Source: a virus. From it: DNA of 64,000 bases. Both the position numbers and the translations under genes were made by a program. Under the pieces are notes generated by a model. That model was given only the letters and a program-made list of their open reading frames with translations, ran no database searches and was not told where the DNA came from. Positions 54,876-64,000 of the stretch are shown here, one piece after another. How positions within the stretch are numbered: the first letter of the stretch is position 1; the number at the start of each line of letters is the position of its first letter. Where the stretch lies: IMG/VR virus record IMGVR_UViG_3300038441_000458, positions 4,199 to 68,198 of that record; one strand, 5' to 3'.

Positions 54876-55194
54876 CGACTTCATCGAGTTGATTTGCCGC
54901 GACTACGACCGGGCGTGCATGTGGCACGGACGGTGGGCAGAGGCGAGAGACGACGCGACGAAGACCGTCAATGCACCACGGAGGAGTAAGAACTCTCCAC
55001 CGCAGATGCAAGTCAAGAAATACACCACCCTCTCAGACGTTTTGGCACTCGGAACAGAGAAGGAGCCGGAGCCGGGAGCGGAGCCCGCGACACCGAAACC
55101 ACCGAAGCTCACGAAAGCAGAACGCAAGGCGAAGGAACTCCTCAGCAACCCGGACGCCATGAACGACTTTATTCAGGGAATTGTGACGGGATAG
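54754..55194 (+). CDS. Tail assembly chaperone extension (gpT-like), probably frameshift-expressed
   Basis: Overlaps the previous ORF in the +1 frame, opening just upstream of TTT CGT. Confidence 0.6.
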   Translation, partial: FVQDRMELYTIHLLAKTYPGMGGPSEIAGLRPFLRTKHLPNDFIELICRDYDRACMWHGRWAEARDDATKTVNAPRRSKNSPPQMQVKKYTTLSDVLALGTEKEPEPGAEPATPKPPKLTKAERKAKELLSNPDAMNDFIQGIVTG

Positions 55195-55198
55195 CACC

Positions 55199-58100
55199 AT
55201 GGCAGGCATTCGCTCCGCATCCGGCGACATCAACATCAACGTGGCCCAGGCGGCAGCGGCCGTCTCCCAATTGCAGGGAGGACTGGTCGGGCTCGGGAAC
55301 ACACAGATCGGTGCGCCGAATGCGGGCGGATTCAACAGTGCCATGACGAACGCGCAGAACGTGACGCGAGGATTCGGCGACCAGGTGATGGGACTCGAGC
55401 GCGAGTTGAACGTCGCCGGAGCCGGACTCATCGGGTTCGGCGGCGTGATCACCGGCGCGTTCGTTCTCGGCGGCAAGAGCGCGGCAGACTTCGAGGAGCA
55501 GATGAGCGGGCTCGAAGCGATCATGGGCTCTGAGCAGTGGGGATCGTTCGGCGGCGAGATGCGCGACCTTGCGTTGACGCTCGGCAAGGAGACGTCGTTC
55601 GGCGCAAACGATGCAGCGCTGGCGATCACGGAATTGAGCAAGGCGGGCATCAGCGCTGAGAACATTATGAACGGCGCAGCGGAAGGCGTCGTCCTGTTGG
55701 CAGAGGCGAGCGGCACGGACCTGGTGACGGCCGCAGGAATCGCCAGTGTGGCGATGAACCAGTTCGGACTCGCTGGCGAGGACATGGGGCGGATTGCCGA
55801 CATTCTCACGAACGGTGCGAACAAATCCAGCGCGAGCGTCGAGAGTTTGGGGCAGGGACTCACCTACGTTGGTGCGACCGCGAACACGCTCGGCATCCCG
55901 TTGGAGGACACGATTGCAGCCCTGTCGGCCCTGACCGATAGAGGACTCGACGCCAGCACCGCAGGCACCAGCCTGAACCACGCACTGACCAGCATCATCA
56001 ATCCGACCGGCCAGGCGAAGACCGCCATGGACGAACTCGGGCTGAGCATGGGCCAGGCGAACTCGCTCATCAACGAAGACGGGTCATTCAAGAGCCTGAC
56101 CGAGATTATCGAAAACGTCGACGCGGCGACGAAGGACCTGACCGAGACCGAACGCCAGCGGTACATCGACCAGATATTCGGCATCCAGGGCGGGCGGGCG
56201 ATCAACGCCTTGCTGGACACGCAGAGCGAGGCATCGAAGGAGGCTGGTAAAAGCTGGCAGGACTACATGGATGCGATCTATGAGACCGGCACAGCGCAGG
56301 AGCAGGCAAAGGTTCGGATGGACAACCTGAAAGGCTCCATCGAGGAGTTGAAGGGCACCATCGAAGTTATCGCGATTGAAGTCATGAGCAGGCTCCTTCC
56401 GGCACTGAAGGCGATGACAGACTTCCTCGGCGCGGCACTCGGCGTCTTCCTCGACCTTCCGGCACCGATCCAGACCACCATCGCGGCGCTGGTCGGGTTG
56501 ACCGGCGCGAGCAGCCTCCTCCTCGGCGCGTTCCTACTGGCGTTGCCGAAGATGGTGGAGTTCAGCCGAGCCCTTCGCATCCTTGCGGCCCAGGGAGGGC
56601 TGTTGGGCGCGTTCGGCAAGAGCGCGGCAGGACTGGCCCGGTTCGTGCGCATCGGCATGTTGGCGCTCACCGGATTCGGACTTGCGGCCGTCGCCTTCTA
56701 CGCGGTGTACAAGACGAACCTGTTCGGCATCGGCGACATAACCAGGGACTTCGTTGACGGGTTTACGGCGAGTTGGAACACGCTGCGCGCCAACGGCATG
56801 AACCCGGTCAGCGCAGGACTGCACAGCATCGAGCGCGCGTTGCTCACGGTGTCCCTGCGAGGAGGAGCGGTTGGCAAGGCGGCGAAGCGGCTGAGCGCAG
56901 GATTCCGGGACGTTGCGAACGCAGCCGACTGGGTTGGCGACACCTTCGGGACGATCTGGCGCACCGGCGAGATTGTGCAGGGAACGTTCGACTTCCTTCC
57001 AGGACCGTTGGAGGACGTGGCGCACGGATTCGCGCTGGTGTTCGACTCGGTTGGCGACCTGACCAGGGCATTCCAGGCGGGAGGATTGAGAGGCGCGCTG
57101 GCGGCGCTGCCAGGCGAGTTCAGCATCATCAAGACCGGATTGCAGGAAATGGCATCCGGCCTGCTGGAAGGCGCAAAGATCGCCGCAGGCTGGATTCTGG
57201 ACGTTGGCGCGCCAGCGGTTGCGGGATGGATTGCCGACCACGCAGGAGACGCATGGGAGGCGATCAAGACAGCCGCAGGTTGGGCGCTGGAAATGGCCGG
57301 CAACCTCGGAGCGTGGGCGCTGGACACGGCGGCACCGGCAATCGGCGGCTGGATCGCGACGGCCGCAGGCAACGTCTGGGAAGCGATCAAGACCGCAGCC
57401 GGATGGGCATGGGGAGGACTCGCCAACCTCGGCTCGTGGATCATGAACACCGCAGCACCGAAGGTTGCTGGCTGGATCAAGACGGCGGCGAGCGGCGCGT
57501 GGGATGCGATCAAGACGGCCGCAGGCTGGTCCGGCACGATGCTGGCGAACCTCGGAAGCTGGCTGCTGAACACGGCCGCACCGAAGGTGACAGGATGGAT
57601 CGCAACCGCAGCGGGCGGCGTTTGGGAAGCGCTGAAGACGATTACCGGTTGGACCTTCGACCTGTGGGTGAACGCAGGCGATTGGGCGATGAACACCACA
57701 GAGCCAGACATGATTACCGGCTGGCTCTCGGACACCGCAGGCGATACGTGGGAGGCGCTGAAGACCGCGACCGGCTGGAACTTCGACGGCACGGTGCCAC
57801 TCGGAGCGTTGACCGTCACGGTGGACAGCATCGACTGGTCAGACCTGAGCACGAAGCTGGTCAGCGGCGTGCAGGCGGTGTTCGAGGGAGCGTTCAACCT
57901 CGGCGAGGGCGTCGGATCGTTGCCAGACTTCGCAGCCGACATCATGGAGTGGGTAGCCAGGGAGATTGACGACGTTGAGTGGGACGAAGTCGGCAAGGCG
58001 GTGCCGAAGCTGTTCGCCGCAGGAGTGGTCGGCGCATTCGCCGCATTGACGGCGATCCCAGGACTCGCGATTGCGTTCGGCGCAGGCGTCTTCCAGGGAC

Positions 58101-59647
58101 TTGTTGACGTGGACTGGCCGAGAGTTGGCCGGGCGTTCGTGAATCTGCTGGATTCCGGGATCGGCGCAGCCAACGAACTGATCGGCGGCATCTTCGAGGG
58201 CATCTGGGAAATGCTACCCGAAGGACTCAGCGAGGCGATTGCCAGAGTCATGGCCCAAATCCGGCAGATGGTCAACGACATCATCGTCAACCTGAACCTT
58301 GTCATATCGGGCATCAACGCCTTGTCGCCAGGAACAGCGGCAGACATTCCGCTGATCCCGTTGCTGGAAGGCGTCGGGAACAAGCTGAAGGACGTGACGG
58401 TCGGCGCGCAAGCGGCGGGGCGGGCGCTGAAGGATGCGTTCAGCTTGAAGCCGACCGTGCCGGAAACGGAGAACGGCGACGCGGGCGCACCGCGAGGCGA
58501 CAACGGCGGAGGCGGCGGCGGCGGCGGCGGGATGTTCGAGCTCGAACAGTTCATGAGCCCGACGATCTTCGAGCCATACATCGCCGGGCTGGCGAACGTG
58601 ACGACGGCCATTGGCGGTGCGAAGAACGCGCTGGTTGACCTCGGCAGCGGAGCCGGACGCGAGGCGATGGGCGCGCTGAAGGCGGCATACGACGCGAACG
58701 TGCCAGCGATCAGCCTCGGGTTCCAGCAGACACCGGCGACCTGGTCGGCTCCGAGCATCGCGGCACTGACGGCGATCAAGACGGGATTCACGACGGTCCT
58801 GCCGTCATTGGCCGCGACGGTGAGCACGCAGTTCAACGCACTGAAGACCGCAGGCGTCAGCAGCATCAACGCGCTGAAGACAGACGTCGTGACGCACACC
58901 GGCACCATGGCGAGCGGGAGCATCAAGAACGCGTCGAACATGAACAGCCAGTCGTCCCAGCAGGCGGCGGCGATGAAGACGGCGGTTGCCAATTCGTTCA
59001 TGACGATGAACACCACTGTTGCCACGCAGATGAGCATCATGAAGATCATCACGACGGCGGCGTTCACGGAAATGGCGAGCAGCAGCAGGAACGCCGCGAC
59101 GGCGATCAGCAGCGCGATGCAGCAGGGAGCGGCGCGAGCGGCCGCAGGCGTACGCAGCGGGCTCTCACCGATCCCAGGCATCGTCGCCAGCGTCGGCAAC
59201 TCGGCAGCGGGCGTGGCGCGAGGCATCGGCGCGAATATCGGCAACGCCTTCGCCGCAGGAATGCGGAGCGCGCTTGGCTCGATTGCCGCAGCCGCGAACG
59301 CGATGGTGGCCGCAGCTCAGAAGGCGCTCATGGCGAAGGCGATGATCAGCAGCCCGTCGCGGCTGTTCATGGAACTCGGCATGTACACCGGCCAGGGCTA
59401 CGAGCAGGGCATCCTCTCGACCGTGCCAGACGTGGCCGCAGCGGGCGCGGCGCTGGTGCAGCCGCCAACACCACCGGAGTTCTTCGGCGGGATGCGAGCA
59501 GGGTACGGAGGAGCCGGAAGCGTGACGATCATCCACGACAACCGGTCGTTCGACATTGACGTGAACGAATCGGCCACACCAGCGGCGACCACGGACGAAA
59601 TCTATGACCGGCTGTACCAGGACTATGACAGCGTAGGCGGAGTGTAA
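55199..59647 (+). CDS. Tape measure protein
   Basis: 1482 aa, Ala/Gly-rich; TP901-like core (ASTAGTSL, IFG..G, MDNLKG); Trp-periodic repeats. Confidence 0.93.
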   Translation: MAGIRSASGDININVAQAAAAVSQLQGGLVGLGNTQIGAPNAGGFNSAMTNAQNVTRGFGDQVMGLERELNVAGAGLIGFGGVITGAFVLGGKSAADFEEQMSGLEAIMGSEQWGSFGGEMRDLALTLGKETSFGANDAALAITELSKAGISAENIMNGAAEGVVLLAEASGTDLVTAAGIASVAMNQFGLAGEDMGRIADILTNGANKSSASVESLGQGLTYVGATANTLGIPLEDTIAALSALTDRGLDASTAGTSLNHALTSIINPTGQAKTAMDELGLSMGQANSLINEDGSFKSLTEIIENVDAATKDLTETERQRYIDQIFGIQGGRAINALLDTQSEASKEAGKSWQDYMDAIYETGTAQEQAKVRMDNLKGSIEELKGTIEVIAIEVMSRLLPALKAMTDFLGAALGVFLDLPAPIQTTIAALVGLTGASSLLLGAFLLALPKMVEFSRALRILAAQGGLLGAFGKSAAGLARFVRIGMLALTGFGLAAVAFYAVYKTNLFGIGDITRDFVDGFTASWNTLRANGMNPVSAGLHSIERALLTVSLRGGAVGKAAKRLSAGFRDVANAADWVGDTFGTIWRTGEIVQGTFDFLPGPLEDVAHGFALVFDSVGDLTRAFQAGGLRGALAALPGEFSIIKTGLQEMASGLLEGAKIAAGWILDVGAPAVAGWIADHAGDAWEAIKTAAGWALEMAGNLGAWALDTAAPAIGGWIATAAGNVWEAIKTAAGWAWGGLANLGSWIMNTAAPKVAGWIKTAASGAWDAIKTAAGWSGTMLANLGSWLLNTAAPKVTGWIATAAGGVWEALKTITGWTFDLWVNAGDWAMNTTEPDMITGWLSDTAGDTWEALKTATGWNFDGTVPLGALTVTVDSIDWSDLSTKLVSGVQAVFEGAFNLGEGVGSLPDFAADIMEWVAREIDDVEWDEVGKAVPKLFAAGVVGAFAALTAIPGLAIAFGAGVFQGLVDVDWPRVGRAFVNLLDSGIGAANELIGGIFEGIWEMLPEGLSEAIARVMAQIRQMVNDIIVNLNLVISGINALSPGTAADIPLIPLLEGVGNKLKDVTVGAQAAGRALKDAFSLKPTVPETENGDAGAPRGDNGGGGGGGGGMFELEQFMSPTIFEPYIAGLANVTTAIGGAKNALVDLGSGAGREAMGALKAAYDANVPAISLGFQQTPATWSAPSIAALTAIKTGFTTVLPSLAATVSTQFNALKTAGVSSINALKTDVVTHTGTMASGSIKNASNMNSQSSQQAAAMKTAVANSFMTMNTTVATQMSIMKIITTAAFTEMASSSRNAATAISSAMQQGAARAAAGVRSGLSPIPGIVASVGNSAAGVARGIGANIGNAFAAGMRSALGSIAAAANAMVAAAQKALMAKAMISSPSRLFMELGMYTGQGYEQGILSTVPDVAAAGAALVQPPTPPEFFGGMRAGYGGAGSVTIIHDNRSFDIDVNESATPAATTDEIYDRLYQDYDSVGGV

Positions 59648-59648
59648 G

Positions 59649-62207
59649 ATGCCAACCCTCGGACGCAAGCCCGCACTGAATAACGATGCCGGAGTCGGCG
59701 AGATGGGGAGCGGCACGATCCGCGCGAGCATCATGGGCTCCCTCTCGGCGGCAGGATGGGCGACGCGCATCGGTGGCCGGATGGGGAGGAGCACCGGCGC
59801 GAACGCGACCGCAGCCCTTGCCCTCTACAAGGCGACCAGCACGGCGATCACGAACCGCGTCGCGCAGACCAGCACCTTCGCCGTGTCGGTGTACATGGAC
59901 CCGAGCGACCGCACGACCGGCACGGACTACACGCAGGCGTTGACCGGCGTTCCCATCTCGCCAGGGCAAATCTACGCAATCGCGTTGCGGTGCGCGAGCC
60001 AGAGCATCAGTCACGGCCAGGACAACAGCGGCCACCCGATGCATTTCAAGACCGCAGGGAGTTTCCCCGATCCGTACGCAGCCGGGAGCGTCAGCGCGCA
60101 AGGCAAGATGAGCCTGTGGGTCGAGGTGACGACGAACCGCAAGCCGAACACGCCAACGGTTCCGAGCCCGGCGAGCGGCGCGGTGACGGTCAACGTGCGG
60201 CCACCGATCACGGTCCGGCACTCGGACCCGGATACGGTCTACGGCGACTACATGAAGCAGTACAAGGTTGAAATCTGGAACGAAGCGAACACCACGCTCA
60301 TCATGACCAGCGGCGTGTTGACGGCGACCGGACCGCAGCAGACCGCAGGCGAAGCGATCTGGACACCAGGAGCCGACCTCGTCGCCGGTTCGACCTACAC
60401 GATCCGGGCGAACACCTACGACTACCACGGCGTGGCGAGCGACCCGCGAACGCAGAAGGTGACGATCCAGAGCGGCGGCGCATTCTCGGACGTGGCGATG
60501 CACCCGGACGACATTGCCGGGAGCCGGAGCGGGAACGTCATAACCAACACGACCAGCCCGCGATTCGTTGGGACGTGGGAACACGAAGACAGCGTGGACG
60601 CAGACAGCGTCACGATGCGCATTCGCAACATGGACACGAACACCGTGTACCGGGCAGACAAGACCAGCACGGTGAACATCATCGACGGCGGCACCTTCAC
60701 CTACGGATTCGCAGACGGCGCTCCGACCTGGTCGGCAATGGCGCGAGGAGCGACCCGCTACCGGTTCGAGGTGTACGCGACAGACGCGCTCGGCGGAATC
60801 TCGCCGGTTGCGCAGAGCCCAACCTTCGTGGTCAATGCGACGCCAGGCACGCCAACCGCGTTGACCCCGGCGAGCGGGAGCGTCACGGAGTTGCCGACCT
60901 TGCGCAGCACGAACAGCGACGCGAACGATGGACCGGAGAACCTGAGCGTTTCCCATGAGATTCGGGTGAGCCCGGCAGGGACACCGGTTGCCGTGACCGC
61001 GACCTACGAAGGCGCAGGCGTCTTCAGGAGCGTCGCAACACCGGCACAGATGCCAGGATACGGAACCTACGACTTCCGCGCTGTGGCGAGCGACGGGTGG
61101 GGCGGAGTGGGCACCAGCAGTTGGGTGACGTTCACGTACACCAGTCCACCGGTTATCACGAACCTCTATCCGGCCGTTGGCGAGGTGATCGTGACAGCCG
61201 CACCGAACATCAGCTACACGCTGGACCGGACGCAGGCGAAGCACCAGATCACCATTACGGCGCAGGGAGGATCGCAGGTGTACTACCAGAGCACGGTGAT
61301 GCCAACCTCGAGCACGGCGCACGCGGTTCCTTCCGGGAAGTTGCGCAACAACATCAACTACGACCTGACGATCTGGATTGAGGCGGCAGACGGGCTCACC
61401 ACGCAGAAGACCATCCCGTTCCGGGTGCAGTACGAGCAGCCAGACCCGGTCGAGGACGCAACCATCGAGAACGTCCAGTCGTCGGTGTACGACTCACCGA
61501 GTGGCACCTTCCCCGGCCAGGAGCCCAACGTTCGGTTGGGATGGACACCGGTCAGCGAGGCGACCGTCTCGACGACAGATTGGGACAAGTACCTGATCGG
61601 CCGCACCAGGCTTGACCGCGAGGAGCCAGCGCGGTCGTGGGAAATCTTCGACCGCAACCAGGGCGAGTTCGTGGACACGTCGCCGACCGGAGGCGCGCTC
61701 TACGAGTACCGGCTGCAGTACGTCCGGAAGGTGAATGCCGGGTTGGATACGGTGCATTCGGAGCCCGTCACGTTCACGACGGCGGTGGTGATCCGGTACA
61801 CGACGATCACCAGCGAGGAAGCAGACGATCCGGCCGTGACCTTCCACTTCTGGAACCGGCGCGAGAGCGACCTGATTACGGACGTGGTGGTCGTCGAGGG
61901 ATGGGGCGAGAAACCCATCATGTTCCAGGGAGCGATGAATTACGAGAAGCTGAGCGGCACCTTCCAGCTACTCGACGACGACAGCGGGAACGACCTGTAC
62001 TCGGCGCACGACATTGTCGAGTCGGGCAAGCACCTTGCGACACCGATCACCAGCGAGGAGGACGGCAAGCTGCGGCCGCGACTGCTGAACCTTCGCGACC
62101 CAACCGGACGTTCGATCCGGGGAGCACTCACCCGGTTCCGGGTGATAGATAATCATTCGGAGCGGCGAGCGGATATTCAGGTTGAGTTCACGGAGCACGG
62201 CGCGTAG
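59649..62207 (+). CDS. Minor tail protein with Ig/FN3-like domains
   Basis: 852 aa Thr/Ser/Pro-rich beta repeats directly after the tape measure. Confidence 0.7.
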   Translation: MPTLGRKPALNNDAGVGEMGSGTIRASIMGSLSAAGWATRIGGRMGRSTGANATAALALYKATSTAITNRVAQTSTFAVSVYMDPSDRTTGTDYTQALTGVPISPGQIYAIALRCASQSISHGQDNSGHPMHFKTAGSFPDPYAAGSVSAQGKMSLWVEVTTNRKPNTPTVPSPASGAVTVNVRPPITVRHSDPDTVYGDYMKQYKVEIWNEANTTLIMTSGVLTATGPQQTAGEAIWTPGADLVAGSTYTIRANTYDYHGVASDPRTQKVTIQSGGAFSDVAMHPDDIAGSRSGNVITNTTSPRFVGTWEHEDSVDADSVTMRIRNMDTNTVYRADKTSTVNIIDGGTFTYGFADGAPTWSAMARGATRYRFEVYATDALGGISPVAQSPTFVVNATPGTPTALTPASGSVTELPTLRSTNSDANDGPENLSVSHEIRVSPAGTPVAVTATYEGAGVFRSVATPAQMPGYGTYDFRAVASDGWGGVGTSSWVTFTYTSPPVITNLYPAVGEVIVTAAPNISYTLDRTQAKHQITITAQGGSQVYYQSTVMPTSSTAHAVPSGKLRNNINYDLTIWIEAADGLTTQKTIPFRVQYEQPDPVEDATIENVQSSVYDSPSGTFPGQEPNVRLGWTPVSEATVSTTDWDKYLIGRTRLDREEPARSWEIFDRNQGEFVDTSPTGGALYEYRLQYVRKVNAGLDTVHSEPVTFTTAVVIRYTTITSEEADDPAVTFHFWNRRESDLITDVVVVEGWGEKPIMFQGAMNYEKLSGTFQLLDDDSGNDLYSAHDIVESGKHLATPITSEEDGKLRPRLLNLRDPTGRSIRGALTRFRVIDNHSERRADIQVEFTEHGA

Positions 62208-62224
62208 CGCCAGGAGAGCGACGA

Positions 62225-63235
62225 ATGACAGTAGGACAGACGGCATTCCCTACGGAACTGGACACGGCGACAGACCTTCTCACGATGTACGACAACCTCG
62301 GCACGACCCTCAGTGGGAGCGTAGACAGCAGCGTGACGACGATCCCCGTCACGGACACGACCGGCTGGCCGACCGCAGGATTGTTCGTGATCGACGGCGA
62401 GAAGATCACCTACACCGGGAAGACCACCACCACGTTCACCGGCTGCACCAGGGGAGCGTTCATCAGCGAGGGCGGCGCAGGAGCGACCAGCCACATCGCA
62501 GGCGCACCCGTCGAGCAGTTGATTACCGCGCGGCACCTGAACGTCCTCAGCGACGCGATCCGGGCGTTGGAGGCGAAGGTGGGCACCACGGCCGCAGCCC
62601 GCGAGCCGATCAGCACCTACTACGTGAAAGACGACTTCGGTGTTGGGACGGCCGCGACCGGCGCAATCGGTGAGCTCCGCTGGACGCTGGCGTCACCAGC
62701 CACCGGCGCATTGCAGACGGTGATCGTCGGGAACCTCGGGCACTTCCGGGTAGGATCGAGCGCGACCCTGAACGCAATCGGGGCGATCACCCTGCGAGCC
62801 ACCGGAGGCGCGTTGCAGACCACGCCAGACTTCGACATGCGCTGGGTCCTGCGGCTGGGGCAGGCGTCGGACACGGCAACCATCGTTCGCATGGGATCGG
62901 TGGCGACCGCGACCGGCAACCCGCCAACGGACGGCATCTACTTCGAGAAGCTGGCAGCCGACACGGCGTGGTTCGCGGTGTGCCGGAACGCGAGCGCACA
63001 GACCAGGAACGTAACCGGCGTGAATACGGATGCAAACTTCCACCGGTTCGAGATTGTGCGACGCGGCGCAGCGGTGATGTTCTACATCGACGGCGCGTTG
63101 GTCTCGACCATCAGCACGTCAAACGTCCCGAACGCAGCGCAGAGCATCGTCGCCCAGGTGGGCAACAATGTTGCCGTCGAGAAGTTCATCGACATTGACT
63201 TCTTCGATCTTGCGGTCTACGGAATGACCAGGTAA
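62225..63235 (+). CDS. Tail fibre / receptor-binding protein with lectin-like C-terminus
   Basis: IDGEKITYTGKT..FTGCTRG; FHRFEI...FYIDG..V. Confidence 0.65.
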   Translation: MTVGQTAFPTELDTATDLLTMYDNLGTTLSGSVDSSVTTIPVTDTTGWPTAGLFVIDGEKITYTGKTTTTFTGCTRGAFISEGGAGATSHIAGAPVEQLITARHLNVLSDAIRALEAKVGTTAAAREPISTYYVKDDFGVGTAATGAIGELRWTLASPATGALQTVIVGNLGHFRVGSSATLNAIGAITLRATGGALQTTPDFDMRWVLRLGQASDTATIVRMGSVATATGNPPTDGIYFEKLAADTAWFAVCRNASAQTRNVTGVNTDANFHRFEIVRRGAAVMFYIDGALVSTISTSNVPNAAQSIVAQVGNNVAVEKFIDIDFFDLAVYGMTR

Positions 63236-63247
63236 GCAGGAGCATCC

Positions 63248-64000
63248 ATGCCGACACCACGAAGCGCGACCTTCCGGGCGGGCACGACCAGGCCAAATGA
63301 ATACGGCGAGGCTGGTTGGCGCTTGCCCGCGTCGGCATGGCAGCGAGCGCGAGCAGGCGTGTCGCGGGCAATGACGGTGCGACCTTCGGCGACCACGGAG
63401 GCGAGGACCTACCGCGCGCTGGCGATCATCCCGCTGAACTACACACCACCCGTTGGCGTCGGGCTTCCGGCGAGCGTGACGATGGACGCGCCAACGCAGT
63501 CGTTCGCGGAGGCGTGCGCCAGGGACATGGAGCGCCAGATTCTCCGCTACAGCAACGGTCGAGCCCGCGTGCTGGTGCGAACGCTGGTGTACACCGGCAT
63601 GGTCACGGACCAGGAGTACAGCGAGTACAAGGGACAATACTGGATCGATCCAGGGAAGATGACGGCGAAGGTTGCGCCAGACCTCGACTACGACTTCGTG
63701 ATGGTCTACACGGACACGGACGCGACCGGCACCGTCGTCTTCTCGGGACTGACGACCAACGTTGGATTCTGGGTTGATACGAACTTCACGAACGCAGCCA
63801 CCACGGCGCTGGCAGGACCGCACCAGTGGCTCCATTGGATGCAGCAGCAGACCACGGCGCAGGGATACCCGGACGTGTGGCCGGAAGGCGGAGGCGTTGA
63901 CCGGAACGCGCACTACGGCTACGCGAGCGGCTGGCAGGAGGACTGGTACGAGGCGTTGTTGACCGGGAGCCTGCCAGACGGGAAGGGCATGACGCCATAC
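63248..64000 (+). CDS. Partial tail-region protein (runs off the window)
   Basis: AGGAG RBS, ATG at 63248, open to the end (read by hand); contains PHQWLHW. Confidence 0.6.
   Translation, partial: MPTPRSATFRAGTTRPNEYGEAGWRLPASAWQRARAGVSRAMTVRPSATTEARTYRALAIIPLNYTPPVGVGLPASVTMDAPTQSFAEACARDMERQILRYSNGRARVLVRTLVYTGMVTDQEYSEYKGQYWIDPGKMTAKVAPDLDYDFVMVYTDTDATGTVVFSGLTTNVGFWVDTNFTNAATTALAGPHQWLHWMQQQTTAQGYPDVWPEGGGVDRNAHYGYASGWQEDWYEALLTGSLPDGKGMTPY

Noticed and set aside
58504-58531. GGC run as a contingency repeat
   Set aside because: In-frame poly-Gly linker of the tape measure; length changes would not shift the frame.
56698-59244. Long minus-strand ORFs (e.g. 848 aa here; 45818-47803; 29066-30760)
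   Set aside because: Antisense shadows of well-supported + strand genes in GC-rich DNA, with no motifs or RBS.
59649-64000. Diversity-generating retroelement or invertible tail-fibre cassette
   Set aside because: No reverse transcriptase, invertase or template/variable repeat pair seen in the window.

Overview
About 64 kb of a high-GC, long-tailed (siphovirus-like) dsDNA phage, probably most of a circularly permuted genome. All credible genes are on the + strand. Gene order: lysis (1-1.9 kb), tRNA-fMet, early/recombination genes (ParB, HNH, Rad52-like SSAP, clamp-like), replication (initiator, loader, DnaB, SF2 helicase), a DNA-modification block (two ParB-N paralogs, C5-methyltransferase, ASCH/DUF3850, TET/JBP-like dioxygenase, amino-acid:DNA transferase, FAD enzyme, P-loop kinase), terminases, portal and MuF, a ~10 kb insert of small-gene cassettes plus tRNAs, then protease, capsid, neck, tail tube, chaperones, tape measure and tail-tip genes. 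No integrase is visible. Main observations: (1) a repeated expression cassette, with 13 copies of a ~90-nt promoter/ANGGA-hairpin/GAAGGGCAA leader and 12 related internal hairpins, precedes about 25 mostly small orphan genes; (2) a candidate post-replicative DNA base-hypermodification pathway; (3) a perfect chromosomal-type parS palindrome inside the SSAP gene; (4) a probable +1 (TTT CGT) tail-chaperone frameshift. Product calls come from motif recognition by eye; no database searches were run. The host is unknown (inference: a high-GC monoderm such as Chloroflexota or Actinomycetota).
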